Below, one piece after another: positions 26,960 to 37,866 of a stretch of 48,970 bases of DNA. The stretch is taken from the NCBI GenBank assembly GCA_013115145.1, contig JAAPAO010000236.1:1-48970 (forward strand), read 5' to 3'. The DNA comes from Perkinsus chesapeaki ATCC PRA-425. Taxonomy: Eukaryota > Protista > Perkinsozoa. Under the pieces are notes generated by a model. That model was not told where the DNA came from and did not search any database. It was given only the letters and a program-made list of their open reading frames with translations. A program made the translations under genes and the position numbers. The first letter of the stretch is position 1, and each line of letters opens with the position of its first letter.

Positions 26960-28794
26960 CTATGGAAAAAGATACTTCACCAACGACCGCACAAATCGAG
27001 CACTAGGGAGACAGTTTGCACAAACCATGGCGGGAAGAGTGCACAAAAGGCAATGACATCACAGAAACAGGTCCCATTAAAAATGACATGCTCATTCACC
27101 ATTTCTAGCTTCCAGAGCCGTTTGCCCATCTCTCGCCGAACGCACATATTTCTCATAAGCTTCGGTGGTTAGGAAGCGAGGATCAGCTTCGTTCAGGATA
27201 CCCAAGATACGAGCTTCCTGAATTACGTGGCGCGCAAGAATTATGGCGTCAGACTTACCAATATATGCTTCCGCCTTCCCTTTCTTGTCGCATCAAATTC
27301 AATAGCGACTCTTTTCTTTCGACCCTCTCCCACTGGATTGGCCGCTCTGAATTCACCCGGGCGATCGATGAACTCGAGATAACCTAAACATGTGATAAAA
27401 TTTAACCAAGGCAGAAGGAGCATAGAAATGATGATAAATTTCAGATTGCTGGCGGCTTTGACCAATCCACCGTGGATTTCCGTGAGACTCTGGTTACACC
27501 TCAGAGATACATAGAGGAACATCACAAGGAATGTATTCCATTTCACTTTTTGCTCTAGGAATTTACTCCCTACAAGAATCTCCGCTGCAACAAAAACACT
27601 TTTGAATCCCCCTAGAATCATCACATTTACGTTTAATGCCTCCCTCCCTCCTCCCTGTTGCCCTCACCTCTCTGCTGGGCATCATAATATCGTAAGTAAA
27701 ATGGATTCAACATTCTTGTGACAAAATAAGGTCGATCTCTGAGACACCAATACGTGCGATGATGCATCCGTGAGGGACCAATGGCTAGAATAGTCGCTTA
27801 AAGCTTGATATAACTTGTAACAGAAGACGAGCTAGTATATAATCCAGACGAAAATGTAAAACAAGAATCACTTCGCTCCGCCTACTTGTATCTCGGAACC
27901 AAGTACTCGTAAAGTATCTGCCTTGCTTCCGCAGACTTCAACATGGACTCTACAATCTGCGTGGAATATGTGGTATCTTAGGTTGAAGCATGCAAGATAC
28001 ACACTAAGTCACGTTGTTCGAGTACTCCTCCTAGCATGGAATACTATCTCCTCTGCATACTGTTGTACTTCTTTCATCCTATTCAATGGTCCTTCTATCC
28101 TCTGATAAATAATTAATTTATCCAACCAATCCTTCATCTCATGCCAATACCTAATAACAAAAACAATTTCCAACGCGCCACGAAATTATCAGAGCAAAAT
28201 CAATGCATATCACATATGCCTCCTCCCAGGAGAAAGGTCGAAACAATCAAGGACAGCATTCCAATAAGTTCAAGAAGTGATCCCTGTCGATCACTGTCGA
28301 TATTCACCTCTCCCTATTCCGGGCGGGAACCAGGAGCACGCACACACAATTTGTGCGGTAAGGGACAGCACACATTTTGTACCCTACAAACCCGATAATA
28401 ATATGAGTCGCAATCCGCTACCACAGAAAATTCCAAACATGTAGAAATCCCGAAGCTAGTAAGAGGCCTTTCTCATTCGACGACTACCAAGATAAGCATC
28501 ACCGGCGCTGGGAACGGCAAATGTGAAGTAAATTTACTCATACAACCAATCGTCCCCGTTAGATCCTCCCCCTACAGTAAGCCTGTATCATACAAAAACA
28601 CCAAGATTCGAGATACGCAACCTCCCTTTCTACACGAACGTAACCGTGGTAATACGACCAGGTAGCCTTGACATCCATTTCTACCTGAAACTCGGCCCTA
28701 TTTTCCTGAAGCCTTGCTTCTCCTTTCCATGCTTCATATGACCAAGTCGATAAAATCTCATACAGTCCCATCTGCCCTTTTTATTCCCTCTCAT
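26960..28794 (-). CDS. Hypothetical multi-exon protein with a predicted TM segment; start approximate
   Basis: Spliced segments: GSLLELIGMLSLIVSTFLLGGGI, YWHEMKDWLDKLIIYQRIEGPLNRMKEVQQYAEEIV, IVESMLKSAEARQILYEYLVPRY, EARILGILNEADPRFLTTEAYEKYVR, and ARFVRSLVKYLFP* (26960). Confidence 0.55.
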
Positions 28795-28965
28795 TGCCAA
28801 ACCACCAAAAGATAAACTATGAAAAATCTTCACAGTGCGATGTCCCACTTCCCCTCAACTCGAAAAATATCTTTAAGCTCTCGGACAATAAACTCTGTCA
28901 AGCCAAACTTTGATGATGATGTGAAATGTAAGTCGATGGTGATGGTGACATAGCCGATGGTGACA

Positions 28966-29192
28966 TTTAAAAAGATACCAAACGCACTCGAAAGATTTTA
29001 AAAAGATACCAAACGCACTCGAAAGATTTTAAAAAGATACCAAACGCACTCGAAAGATTTTAAAAAGATANNNNNNNNNNNNNNNNNNNNNNNNNNNNNN
29101 NNNNNNNNNNNNNNNNNNNNNNNNNNNNNNNNNNNNNNNNNNNNNNNNNNNNNNNNNNNNNNNNNNNNTACCAAACGCACTCGAAAGATTTT
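28966..29192. repeat. 31-bp minisatellite (AAAAAGATACCAAACGCACTCGAAAGATTTT) spanning an assembly gap (N 29071-29168)
   Basis: More than 3 identical copies lie left of the gap and the same unit resumes right of it. True copy number is unknown. Confidence 0.95.
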
Positions 29193-29351
29193 GGTATGTT
29201 TCAACGCAATACAACCCTGGTTTGTTATGAAACGCGATATTGCTGCCTGGTATTATTTCTCTCCGTCACTCGCCACAAAACTAGTCCAGCTACAACAGTA
29301 TAGGCGCGCTTCCTTAAAGATGTTCGAAAAAAGATATTTTTTTGTTGTTGC

Positions 29352-32300
29352 TCAGAAAAGATGCTTCTTCTCCACAACCTGTAACTGTCGCCACACATAC
29401 AGTCCTCCAACCACAACAACTATGATACCTGATACAGCAGCGTTGAGGAAATGCAAGATTGCAAGATTCTTTATAAACAGGGTCTACTAGTATGACGCTC
29501 AAATTCAATAAAGATTTCCCCCCAGCATCAAAAACGCAGGAGTTATGCTCATAAGTCCACCCCTAGCAACACCATGGAAGTGCACCCTACTTGATCGAAG
29601 GCACCTTGGATGCGAAAATAAGTCAATAATAATTGGTATAATACTATCCTGAATAGGGTAGCAACTTGCTCATCTTTAAACGTCATAAAATAATTGTTTA
29701 TAGTCCCTCAAATCTCGTTGATGAATAAATCCCTTCCTTCAACTTACAAAGTATAAAAAGCTTATTGGCCAAACTATGGGAACTATTGATCGAGTCCTCC
29801 AAGTCATCAGCATTGAAAAGTGGCCTGCTTACAAAAACGTCAAACATGAATCGCTTCGATCCGCTAAGCTCACCCTTCCCCTCCAGCGTTCACTGATGTG
29901 AGCTGCTCTCTAACCTTCTCTACACGGTCCTGAAACCGATAATTTCGTGGCGCGCGGTCATGGAGCCATGATTACCTTGTGATCTCCAGACTCTCTTGTT
30001 AACATCTCTCGTAAACCGACCATTTGATTCTTCAACGTATCAAGTCCACCCGAACCTGAAAGATTCATTGCCGAAATTCTTCACAGTGCGCAGCAGCGTA
30101 AAGATACCATCGCTCGTCGCCTTTATCTCCTTCCTCAGCTGCTTCATTCGAGATTCCAAATCAACAACTTGGTGAGTGATCTGACCTAACATCAACCAAA
30201 TATACCCAATTTCCTGGCGCGCGAGAATTCTACCCAGCTGGGAATGCATCTTAAACAGCTCTGGTTGAGTTGTCTCAATATAATTAACCAATAACTGTGA
30301 TACCTTCTGTAGCGTTAGTGTTTGCAGAGCTGCGTCATCGCCAACATCGGTTGTCAGTAACTAAATTCATCATGCTCAAACTTAACCATCAAGATTCATC
30401 CTAAGATACAATAAGCCTCTCCAAATGAGTCATTGTAGGAAAATTACCAGCGCCGTTTCAAATTCGTCAATCTTTTCCCCCGAAAACGCCCTACATGTCC
30501 TTAGCGGAACTACACTCATAATCTAGTTTATAATACATCTCATAATATTAGAAATATAATATTTCTATCAATCTGTTTGGGTTGATGGTAGCAAGTTGAA
30601 CTACTACGCCAGTGTCTACTAGAATAAAAGTGCATCAGTAGTTAGCACTACATTAATGACATATTCACACCACACCAGTAAAAAGCAGCCAATGACGTTG
30701 CCGTATGTCATCATACCAACAGTAAAATTATCTATATAATAATACTACTAATACTTCCCTATAATAACATGTCCATGAATGTCGGACTATTGCGCCCCGC
30801 TGAGGTGTCGTCGCAATACCCTTGCAACGTCAACACGCAATACAGTGAATACACGACAATAAAGTATAAACTGTCCCCAATTATAAATAAAGATACAATT
30901 CCTTAGTTATCATAATTTATTTTTAGTTTATAATTAGCGTAATATTTCCCCTTCAACTACCTCCTTCCAATCTATCTTTCCACCATCTGACAGCTCATTA
31001 ACAACTTCATTAACCAAAGCCTCTCCCGGTTTCGACATATCCATATTGTAACTGAGAGCTGTAATTTCGTGGCGCTGCTAGAATACCATCCCACACTTGG
31101 GCGATGAAACCGCAAATCTAATACCCTTCGAGGTTGATGAGAGGTGAATCCACAAATTATCGGGATAAATTACCATTAAAGAAGCCTTTATAACTACTAC
31201 AAACCTTACATCTACCTAGTCCCAATTTTGCACTAAATCGCCAACAACTCCGCCACCAAATTTAAGTCCATTCCCGTCAACCGTATGAACTCGCCCTTAT
31301 CTTCAATTGAGTACTTCAGAAGTTAAGTTCCTTCTAGAAAGTCAAAAAGATTTTCCGAATTAATGTCGAGAGCTTTCAGACTTCCTTACTGCCAGCCAGT
31401 TGTTATAATTAATACCAAATTTCCTACAACTTACACATGCATGTCGATGATAGATACCTTCTCAGTAGGTAAAGATTCGCCACTCCACGAGGTAAAGCCA
31501 ATATATCCACTATTCCTGATTAGATGGGAATATGGTATAAAAATACTACTGATGTTCCTACGGGACGCTAACACCGCCCGCTGAGGTGAGCTCCTGCCAA
31601 TGCCTGCTGCCATCACGATATCGAACCATGATCGTGTCAGGGCGCACACGAATTCCAACCTGGATCAACTTATTGTGTATCCTGCAGGGTTGAAGCTAAG
31701 ATATTACCCTAACATGATCGCCTCCATGAAGATTAACTCTAGATGATGCCCCTCTGTCAGGAACATCACGATCGAAAGACAAAGCACGATCGTTACGATT
31801 GGTAACGATAGAAACTAAGGAAGACCGGGGAAGTTGAATCGACTTCCGACGAATCTTAGCTCGATTGATGCACCAACCACTTACCTGTGTAATCATCACC
31901 CGACGCTCCTTTCGGCGTAAAAACGATACCAAATCCATCGAAACGCGACTAGGTAGGAGAGCGTATCTTTAGGTTGGATTGAGTTTAAATGAAGATACCT
32001 TTTGTCCGAGTATGTTATAGTCGAGAGCGTTGAATGCTGTCCTCCAGTCTTTCTTGTTTTCACCTTTCTGAAGCTCGTCACGAATCTTGGAGAATTCTGA
32101 AGTGTAGTTCATCGTGGTAAACCTGTGAGGAGCATTTGGAGTAACATGATAGGTCGAGCACTTACCACAAGGCAAATCCAGAATCCCGGCTAGCTGAGGG
32201 ACCATCAGTAACCTGAATACAGAGGTATTTTGTATCTTGCATGGTTGAAGCTAAGATACCGAAAGATCGAAGAGTATTTCGAAATCGTTGGTCTCAACAG

Positions 32301-32655
32301 GCATGGTGTGCATGAATATTCCGTATCTTTTAGCGATGCTCGGAGTTAAGATAACATGGTCATCAGTTGCTACAGTGGCACCGTTCATGAACCAATCACC
32401 TGTACAAGGTTGAACCATGCATTTCATATCGACAAAAGATTCTACCTAGAGTATTGGAGTAGGTAAGAGGGCTGACAAAGCTATGACGCATGAGCTCCAT
32501 CCGTCTTACTGGTCTGCCGCCTAAAAGATATTTTTGAGGTCAGATTGAGGTAGTGTGTAATTACGTCTATGAGCACGATATTCATATTCAGCTTCTACAG
32601 GCCAAGATAGCAGAAGGTAAAATAGCGTCAATATTAATGGTGACCGATGAATCAT
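29352..32655 (-). CDS. ERGIC-53/VIP36/Emp47-like L-type lectin (type I membrane cargo receptor)
   Basis: Signal peptide MIHRSPLILTLFYLLLSWPVEA, then LMRHSFVSPLTYSNTLGDWFMNGATVATDDHVILTPSIAKRYGIFMHTMPVETNDFEILFDLS (L-lectin N-terminal strands), a coiled-coil stalk (VVDLESRMKQLRKEIK), a C-terminal TM (GIIVVVVGGLYVW) and a di-lysine tail RQLQVVEKKHLF*. Confidence 0.85.
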
Positions 32656-33050
32656 GGAGTATCCAAGGTCGAAGCTTGCTAGATACACAATTAGGTCAGC
32701 TTCTATACCACCACACATGCGGCCTCCACCGACACATCTAGCGCATCGCTCCGCCTTTTTCACTTCTGCACGCCAAATCATGTCGAAGTCTACATAGATC
32801 TCGCTCGCCATTCCGATCGATTACTGCTTAGCGAGTACTCAATGGCCTTTGGACCCTCTAGTCGAGCAGGTGATGGGCAAGTGGCGTCATTGGCGTGTTT
32901 AATATTAATATTATTGTACTCTTTGAGGGGTCTGGGCGTCACTTAGAGCCATATTTTGTTATATAATCTTTTAGCCGATGGTTTAGGTCGGATTGAGCAC
33001 TTGTGTATGATAATCGATTATAGGTAGTTGTTGCCGAATCCTTTCTATTA
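32656..33050. promoter_or_regulatory. Divergent strand-switch interval between minus-strand and plus-strand gene blocks (putative bidirectional promoter)
   Basis: All orientable genes to the left are minus strand and all to the right (to 46.1 kb) are plus strand. The G/T-rich versus C/A-rich intron skew flips here. Promoter function is inference. Confidence 0.55.
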
Positions 33051-33284
33051 ATGGGAAAAGTTCACGGTTCCTTGGCTCGTGCCGGTAAGGTAAAGAATCA
33101 GACCCCTAAGGTCCCCAAGCAGGAGAAGAAGAAGGCCATCACCGGTACTATTCCGAATCACCACCTCCGTCACCATCTCTCTCTTTGTTCAGGTCGCGCT
33201 CGCAAGCGTATGCAGTATAACCGTCGTTTCTCCGCTAAGGTGACCGGTGGCCCCAAGAGAGGCCCGAACTCCAACCAGAAGTAA
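33051..33284 (+). CDS. RPS30: 40S ribosomal protein eS30 (no ubiquitin-like fusion), two exons
   Basis: [32 protein letters not shown]|[29 protein letters not shown], with a 48-nt intron at 33145-33192. Confidence 0.98.
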   Translation: MGKVHGSLARAGKVKNQTPKVPKQEKKKAITGTIPNHHLRHHLSLCSGRARKRMQYNRRFSAKVTGGPKRGPNSNQK

Positions 33285-33379
33285 AGTGATGACAACTAAT
33301 CATTGACAACTACTACTTGATGGCTCTCTTGCCTTATTATCGTGTTTGTTAAATTGGGGGAAGGAGCGGTATGAGATAA

Positions 33380-35653
33380 TGACAACAGCAGCAGTTTACA
33401 GTTCCGCTGTCTCGTGTCCAAATAGCATCAGATAGCAGCCCAAAGGGCTCTGCTGGAGGCGGGGAGCTGGATGGTGAATTTGATATGGATTGTGATGGTG
33501 TGGATATGCGGTATAGAAACCCGTTCCGATCATCAGATCCTTCCAGAGCATGGAAGTAGGCGTATCTTTAGGTTGAGCGTGCATCTTGCATTCAGTCGTA
33601 TGGAATCGGTCGATTCTTGTCATGGTGAAGTAGTGATCACCGATGACAGTTCGCCGAATCGGGTGGCGCAAAATGCCGAGGAGTATTTCGCTGGGAGAGG
33701 GAAAGGAAAACGACGAAGTCGGAGCGGCAGCGGTGTAATGCTGTCAACGTGTCCATCTGAAGTGCTAGACGAGATGTCGTCTCCGGGAATCGAACCTGCG
33801 CCACCATCGAACTCCTCTCCTGCTACTCCGGCGCCGACAGTATTGGACCCTCAGGTGGGCTGATTGGCTGTAGTAGCGATTAGTAGGTTTTTCAGAGTGT
33901 TGTTACTAGCGAACCGCCGTCGTTATCTAAAGGAAGCCAATGGATTGGTGAGCAGCAGCCTCCTGGGCGTTCATTCCCCAATGATTCCTCTGTGCAGCGA
34001 TGACTCCTCCAGCAGTGTCGAGTGCTCCACGGGTTATGTTTAAACCATTTGTGATGGGGGATGCCTCGACAGAGAGCTCTCCAGCTCAGGTAGGATGGAT
34101 CAGGTTTAAGAAGAGGGCTTGCTATGTGGGTGATGCTATTAGCCGGACATGCTTGATTATAGTGGAAGGTTAGAAGCTGCCATGGCCGGGCAGCAGGCTG
34201 GGATGGGGAGGAGGGGTAATACAGTGGTGTGTCTGGTGTGTCTGGTGATGGTGGTGAATAGGTGGATTGGTTAGAGGTAGATCTATATTGGAAAGGTTTA
34301 CTCTTATAGAGGAAAGTGAAGAAGATGGATGTGATGAGGAGGATGAAGGTAAATGAGGAGGGAGTGGACACATTATTGGATACCGTAATAGTACCTAATA
34401 TAGATTACTCGGTAGTAGTATTATATAACGTTATGGTACCTAATATAGATTACTCGGTAGTAGTATTATATAACGTTATGGTACCTAATATAGATTACTC
34501 TGTAGTAGNNNNNNNNNNNNNNNNNNNNNNNNNNNNNNNNNNNNNNNNNNNNNNNNNNNNNNNNNNNNNNNNNNNNNNNNNNNNNNNNNNNNNNNNNNNN
34601 NNNNNTAGTATTATATAACGTTATGGTACCTAATAAAGATTAGTCTGTAGTAGTATTATAGAACGTTATGGTACCTAATATAGATTAAGTAATGAGTCTA
34701 ATTACTAGTAGTTATTAATAGACTGAGTAGATTAGCATATTGAACAAGTAATATATCTACGGTTAACCAACTGCTAAACTTAGGATGCAGTATGAGTATC
34801 GGGGACGCACTGCTGTGAAATAGCCCTATGGCCATGAAGGCTTTGTTAGTCTCCTCTATCAAACTGGGGGCTGTGATAGGGTTGAGTATGTATTTGATAA
34901 ATTGTCCATTGCATCTTCGTAATGACGGGCGGTGTTTACTGTGATTACTTGAAAATGTTCCTCATCAAATTCATGGGACGATTCTTCATAGGTCTCAGAT
35001 TTTCACTTTAACAAAATTTATAAATTATGTTTTGAGCGTAGTGTTAAGGATGATGGTGCGTTGTGAATCCACCACGCTAGCTTGGAATCTGAATTCACTT
35101 ACATACATCATCGGGTTGGCAACCATTTGTTATTCCTTAGTCAATGTTCATCCAGACTCGGTACAGCCAGGAGGAGTGGGACAATCGGGAGGCTCTCAGG
35201 TAGGTATTGGAGGGATCAATCTTGCAATCTTGCATTTTCTCAACGTGACCATATGGTCTGTGTATGTCTGCTAGCTCATCGCTGTGTGCTTAGCCGTCGG
35301 GAATCGATGCGTTGGCGAGGCTCCAAATGAGTATGATGAATCAACAGAGAAAGAAGAAAGAGAAAGGTATTAAATATCGGGTGCCGGGATCGAACCTAAG
35401 ACCTCCGCTGTTAGGTCGGGTGTATTCCCATCGTTCCATATTGGAACGGCTTAATTTGCTTGAGGAAAGTGACGGTGATGATGATGATAGTGAAGAGCGC
35501 TCCTTGGAGGCTCTGTCGACAAGCAGTCCTTCGCCGGACATGTCGACTTCGTCAGCTGAGGAATCATCAAGTCTTGAAGAGGATCATCGCGAAACGGTAG
35601 TGGGGCTGGTGCTGGCTGGAGGGGAAGGCAAAGATCGTTCTGTTGGAGGTTAA
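33380..35653 (+). CDS. Hypothetical low-complexity (Ser/Pro/acidic) multi-exon protein, interrupted by a minisatellite and gap; may be two genes
   Basis: Plus-strand GT-AG junctions link DEMSSPGIEPAPPSNSSPATPAPTVLDPQ|SVVTSEPPSLSKGSQW, MTPPAVSSAPRVMFKPF and QQRKKKEKG|RVYSHRSILERLNLLEESDGDDDDSEERS...GG*. Confidence 0.45.
34384..34687. repeat. 45-bp minisatellite (TACTCGGTAGTAGTATTATATAACGTTATGGTACCTAATATAGAT) spanning an assembly gap (N 34509-34605)
   Basis: About 3 copies left of the gap and 2 degenerate copies right of it. Each unit holds the palindromes ATAACGTTAT and GGTACC. Confidence 0.95.
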
Positions 35654-35949
35654 AATATCTATCTCACTTCTGAGCTCTGAATCTCTCGCTTGCCTGTTGG
35701 TTACTCTACATCTTCTATGTTATCCTTTATTAACTTTCTTCTTCGTATTGGTGGGGGCCCAACTGGCAATATTTCCCAAGTATTGTGTCCGCGGAGTTGA
35801 TTGTCCGAAAGTTTAAAAGTTACAAGTTGCTCAGATAAGCGGCACCAGTGGTGAATTATATGACCGGTTGTTGTCCCCTGGGATAATGTAACCTTCAAAT
35901 AATTGTTCATGATGTTACTAGGTGATGATGTTGAAGCATTTTGTTATTC

Positions 35950-37703
35950 AGGTTGATAAAGTGGGTATACAGGGATTGGATACGCCTAAAGCCGATAAAG
36001 GTGGAAATAGGAAGAAGCGGCGAAGGGCGGATCGTGGTACTAAGCGGAAGCGTGAAGCGGAGTGTTTTTTGACAGTTTTTCTATCAGATTCGCTGTCTCG
36101 AGTTCCGAGGCTATTGCGGCGACCTTTGGACTCTCAAGAGACAGCGCATGAGGTAATGATATAATATGGGTTTTTGGGTTTTACCGGTTTTCCTATCAGA
36201 TATTCCCACGATTGTTCCTCGGTGGTCATATGGTGGCCCGTAATAGAGAGCTTCTACGTAAATATAATATTACTAGTGTAGTGTGTTGCTGTACTATAAC
36301 AGAGTATCCAGAGGATGTATTCTTCACATCAGATGGGATTGATTATTATCGGTAATAATACATTTCGTGAGGTAGTTTTTACTTGACAGGAAATGTAGTT
36401 ATGAAATTAATAAAGTGAAATTTATTATGGACGATTTCCCGTTTACTGGTGGAATGCGTAGTTCCTCCTATGTTTGAAATAATAACGCGTGTCAAAGTAT
36501 ATGGAGTTATGTGATGTGTCACTATCTTGTTCATCATATTGGTGGTTCCTGTGTAGATCTCCTTCGGACTAAAATGTCTAGTATGAATGTATCCACGTTG
36601 TTGTTGTTTTATGTCATATTCTCTTATATCCCAGTGAACGCCGCCACCGGCGCTGCCTTCGGTTGTATTCGATAAAGCATCATCGTCGTCAGGCGTATGG
36701 TTTTGGGTAACAGTTAGATATACAATAGCATTTAGATATATATTCGAGTTGTGGAAGTGTAGATCTTAATCTATAGGAGTGTATTTAGTATTGTTGTCAG
36801 AGTCGATGTTGAAGATATGTCTTGTGAGCCAATAGATTGGTTTTGGGATGAAGCCCATGATCATATGGATAAAACACTCCGGCCTTATTTGATGAGTGAT
36901 GGTAGTACTGGAAGGGCAGCAGCATCATCATCATTATTTATACTTGTATTTATTCCAACACTTATCAATCTCTTTAATATGTCATTTATACTCATTTAGT
37001 TCTTTATAGGTTGTATTTGTATTAATTTTATACACCATCTATGAATTCACTTCATATTGCAAGTATACACTTTTTAGCAATTATTAGTGTACTGCTGGAC
37101 CGTGTGTTTTTTTAGTTTTTATATAACTCCTGCAGGCTCTTCGTCGAAAGTGTCAATTTCCCTATTTACAGCAACACACAAATGCTTGGGTTTATCTTGC
37201 ACCTATTCTTTCTATTAGAATATGACAGTTGGCCGCATTAGTTAGTATTTGTGGCATTGTTGTTTCCCGAGTTAGATTCTTCTCCTGCGTCTGCATCAAC
37301 CCCTCCCCGACATAGCCTCGGTGGAGTGCTGGTCCACTGTAGAAGTGGAGTATCTCGATCAGCATCGACTTTAATATCGTATCTTGTCAAACGTAGAGGC
37401 CTGTCCTTATATCATGCTCTCACGCATGTGAGGCACTGCAGAAATATTCGACCAAATTGCGGATTTTTCGAGAAGCTACAAGAGCTCGAGATGGGCTTGC
37501 GGGAGGACAAGAAAAGCACAGTCGATCGTAAAATGTATTTTTCGTGGTATAACAATTGCCGGGATGTCGATCGAGACGAAGGGCAGAAGGAGGAGATGAG
37601 CTCTGAAGATACGATTGATAATATATACTCGAGACAGATTGATTGGGAGGCTGAACCTCCTATGGTTGATATGTACGAGGGAGAGGAGGGTTGGGATTAC
37701 TAA
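35950..37703 (+). CDS. Dual-specificity protein phosphatase; start uncertain
   Basis: QIFPRLFLGGHMVARNRELLRKYNITSVVCC (~36198-36280), then VDVEDMSCEPIDWFWDEAH (general-acid loop), then GGVLVHCRSGVSRSASTLISYLV...HVRHCRNIRPNCGFFEKL (intact HCX5R motif). Confidence 0.9.
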
Positions 37704-37866
37704 TCACCCTTCACTTGCCTTTCCATTGTATTACTCACGTAGTAGTAGGTGTATATTAGTCGACAATCCTTTTGCAACATTCAAAGTGTGTACTTGGAAA
37801 TAAGGAAAGAGGAGGTCCTGAGTTTGATAATTAATCGGATGTGGGGGAGGGTGATAGGTTCTTGGA

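Noticed and set aside
32323-32353. TATCTT...AAGATA pair resembling the hairpin cassette
   Set aside because: It lies within the lectin exon (VILTPSIAKRYG) and lacks the core.
33779-33802. B-box-like GGTTCGATTCCCGG (minus)
   Set aside because: It most likely lies in a plus-strand exon (SPGIEPAPP), so it is not counted as an intronic cassette.
33892-34371. 159-aa minus-strand ORF resembling a type II membrane protein
   Set aside because: Splice signals and G/T skew indicate a plus-strand gene here. The ORF is probably a shadow of low-complexity sequence.
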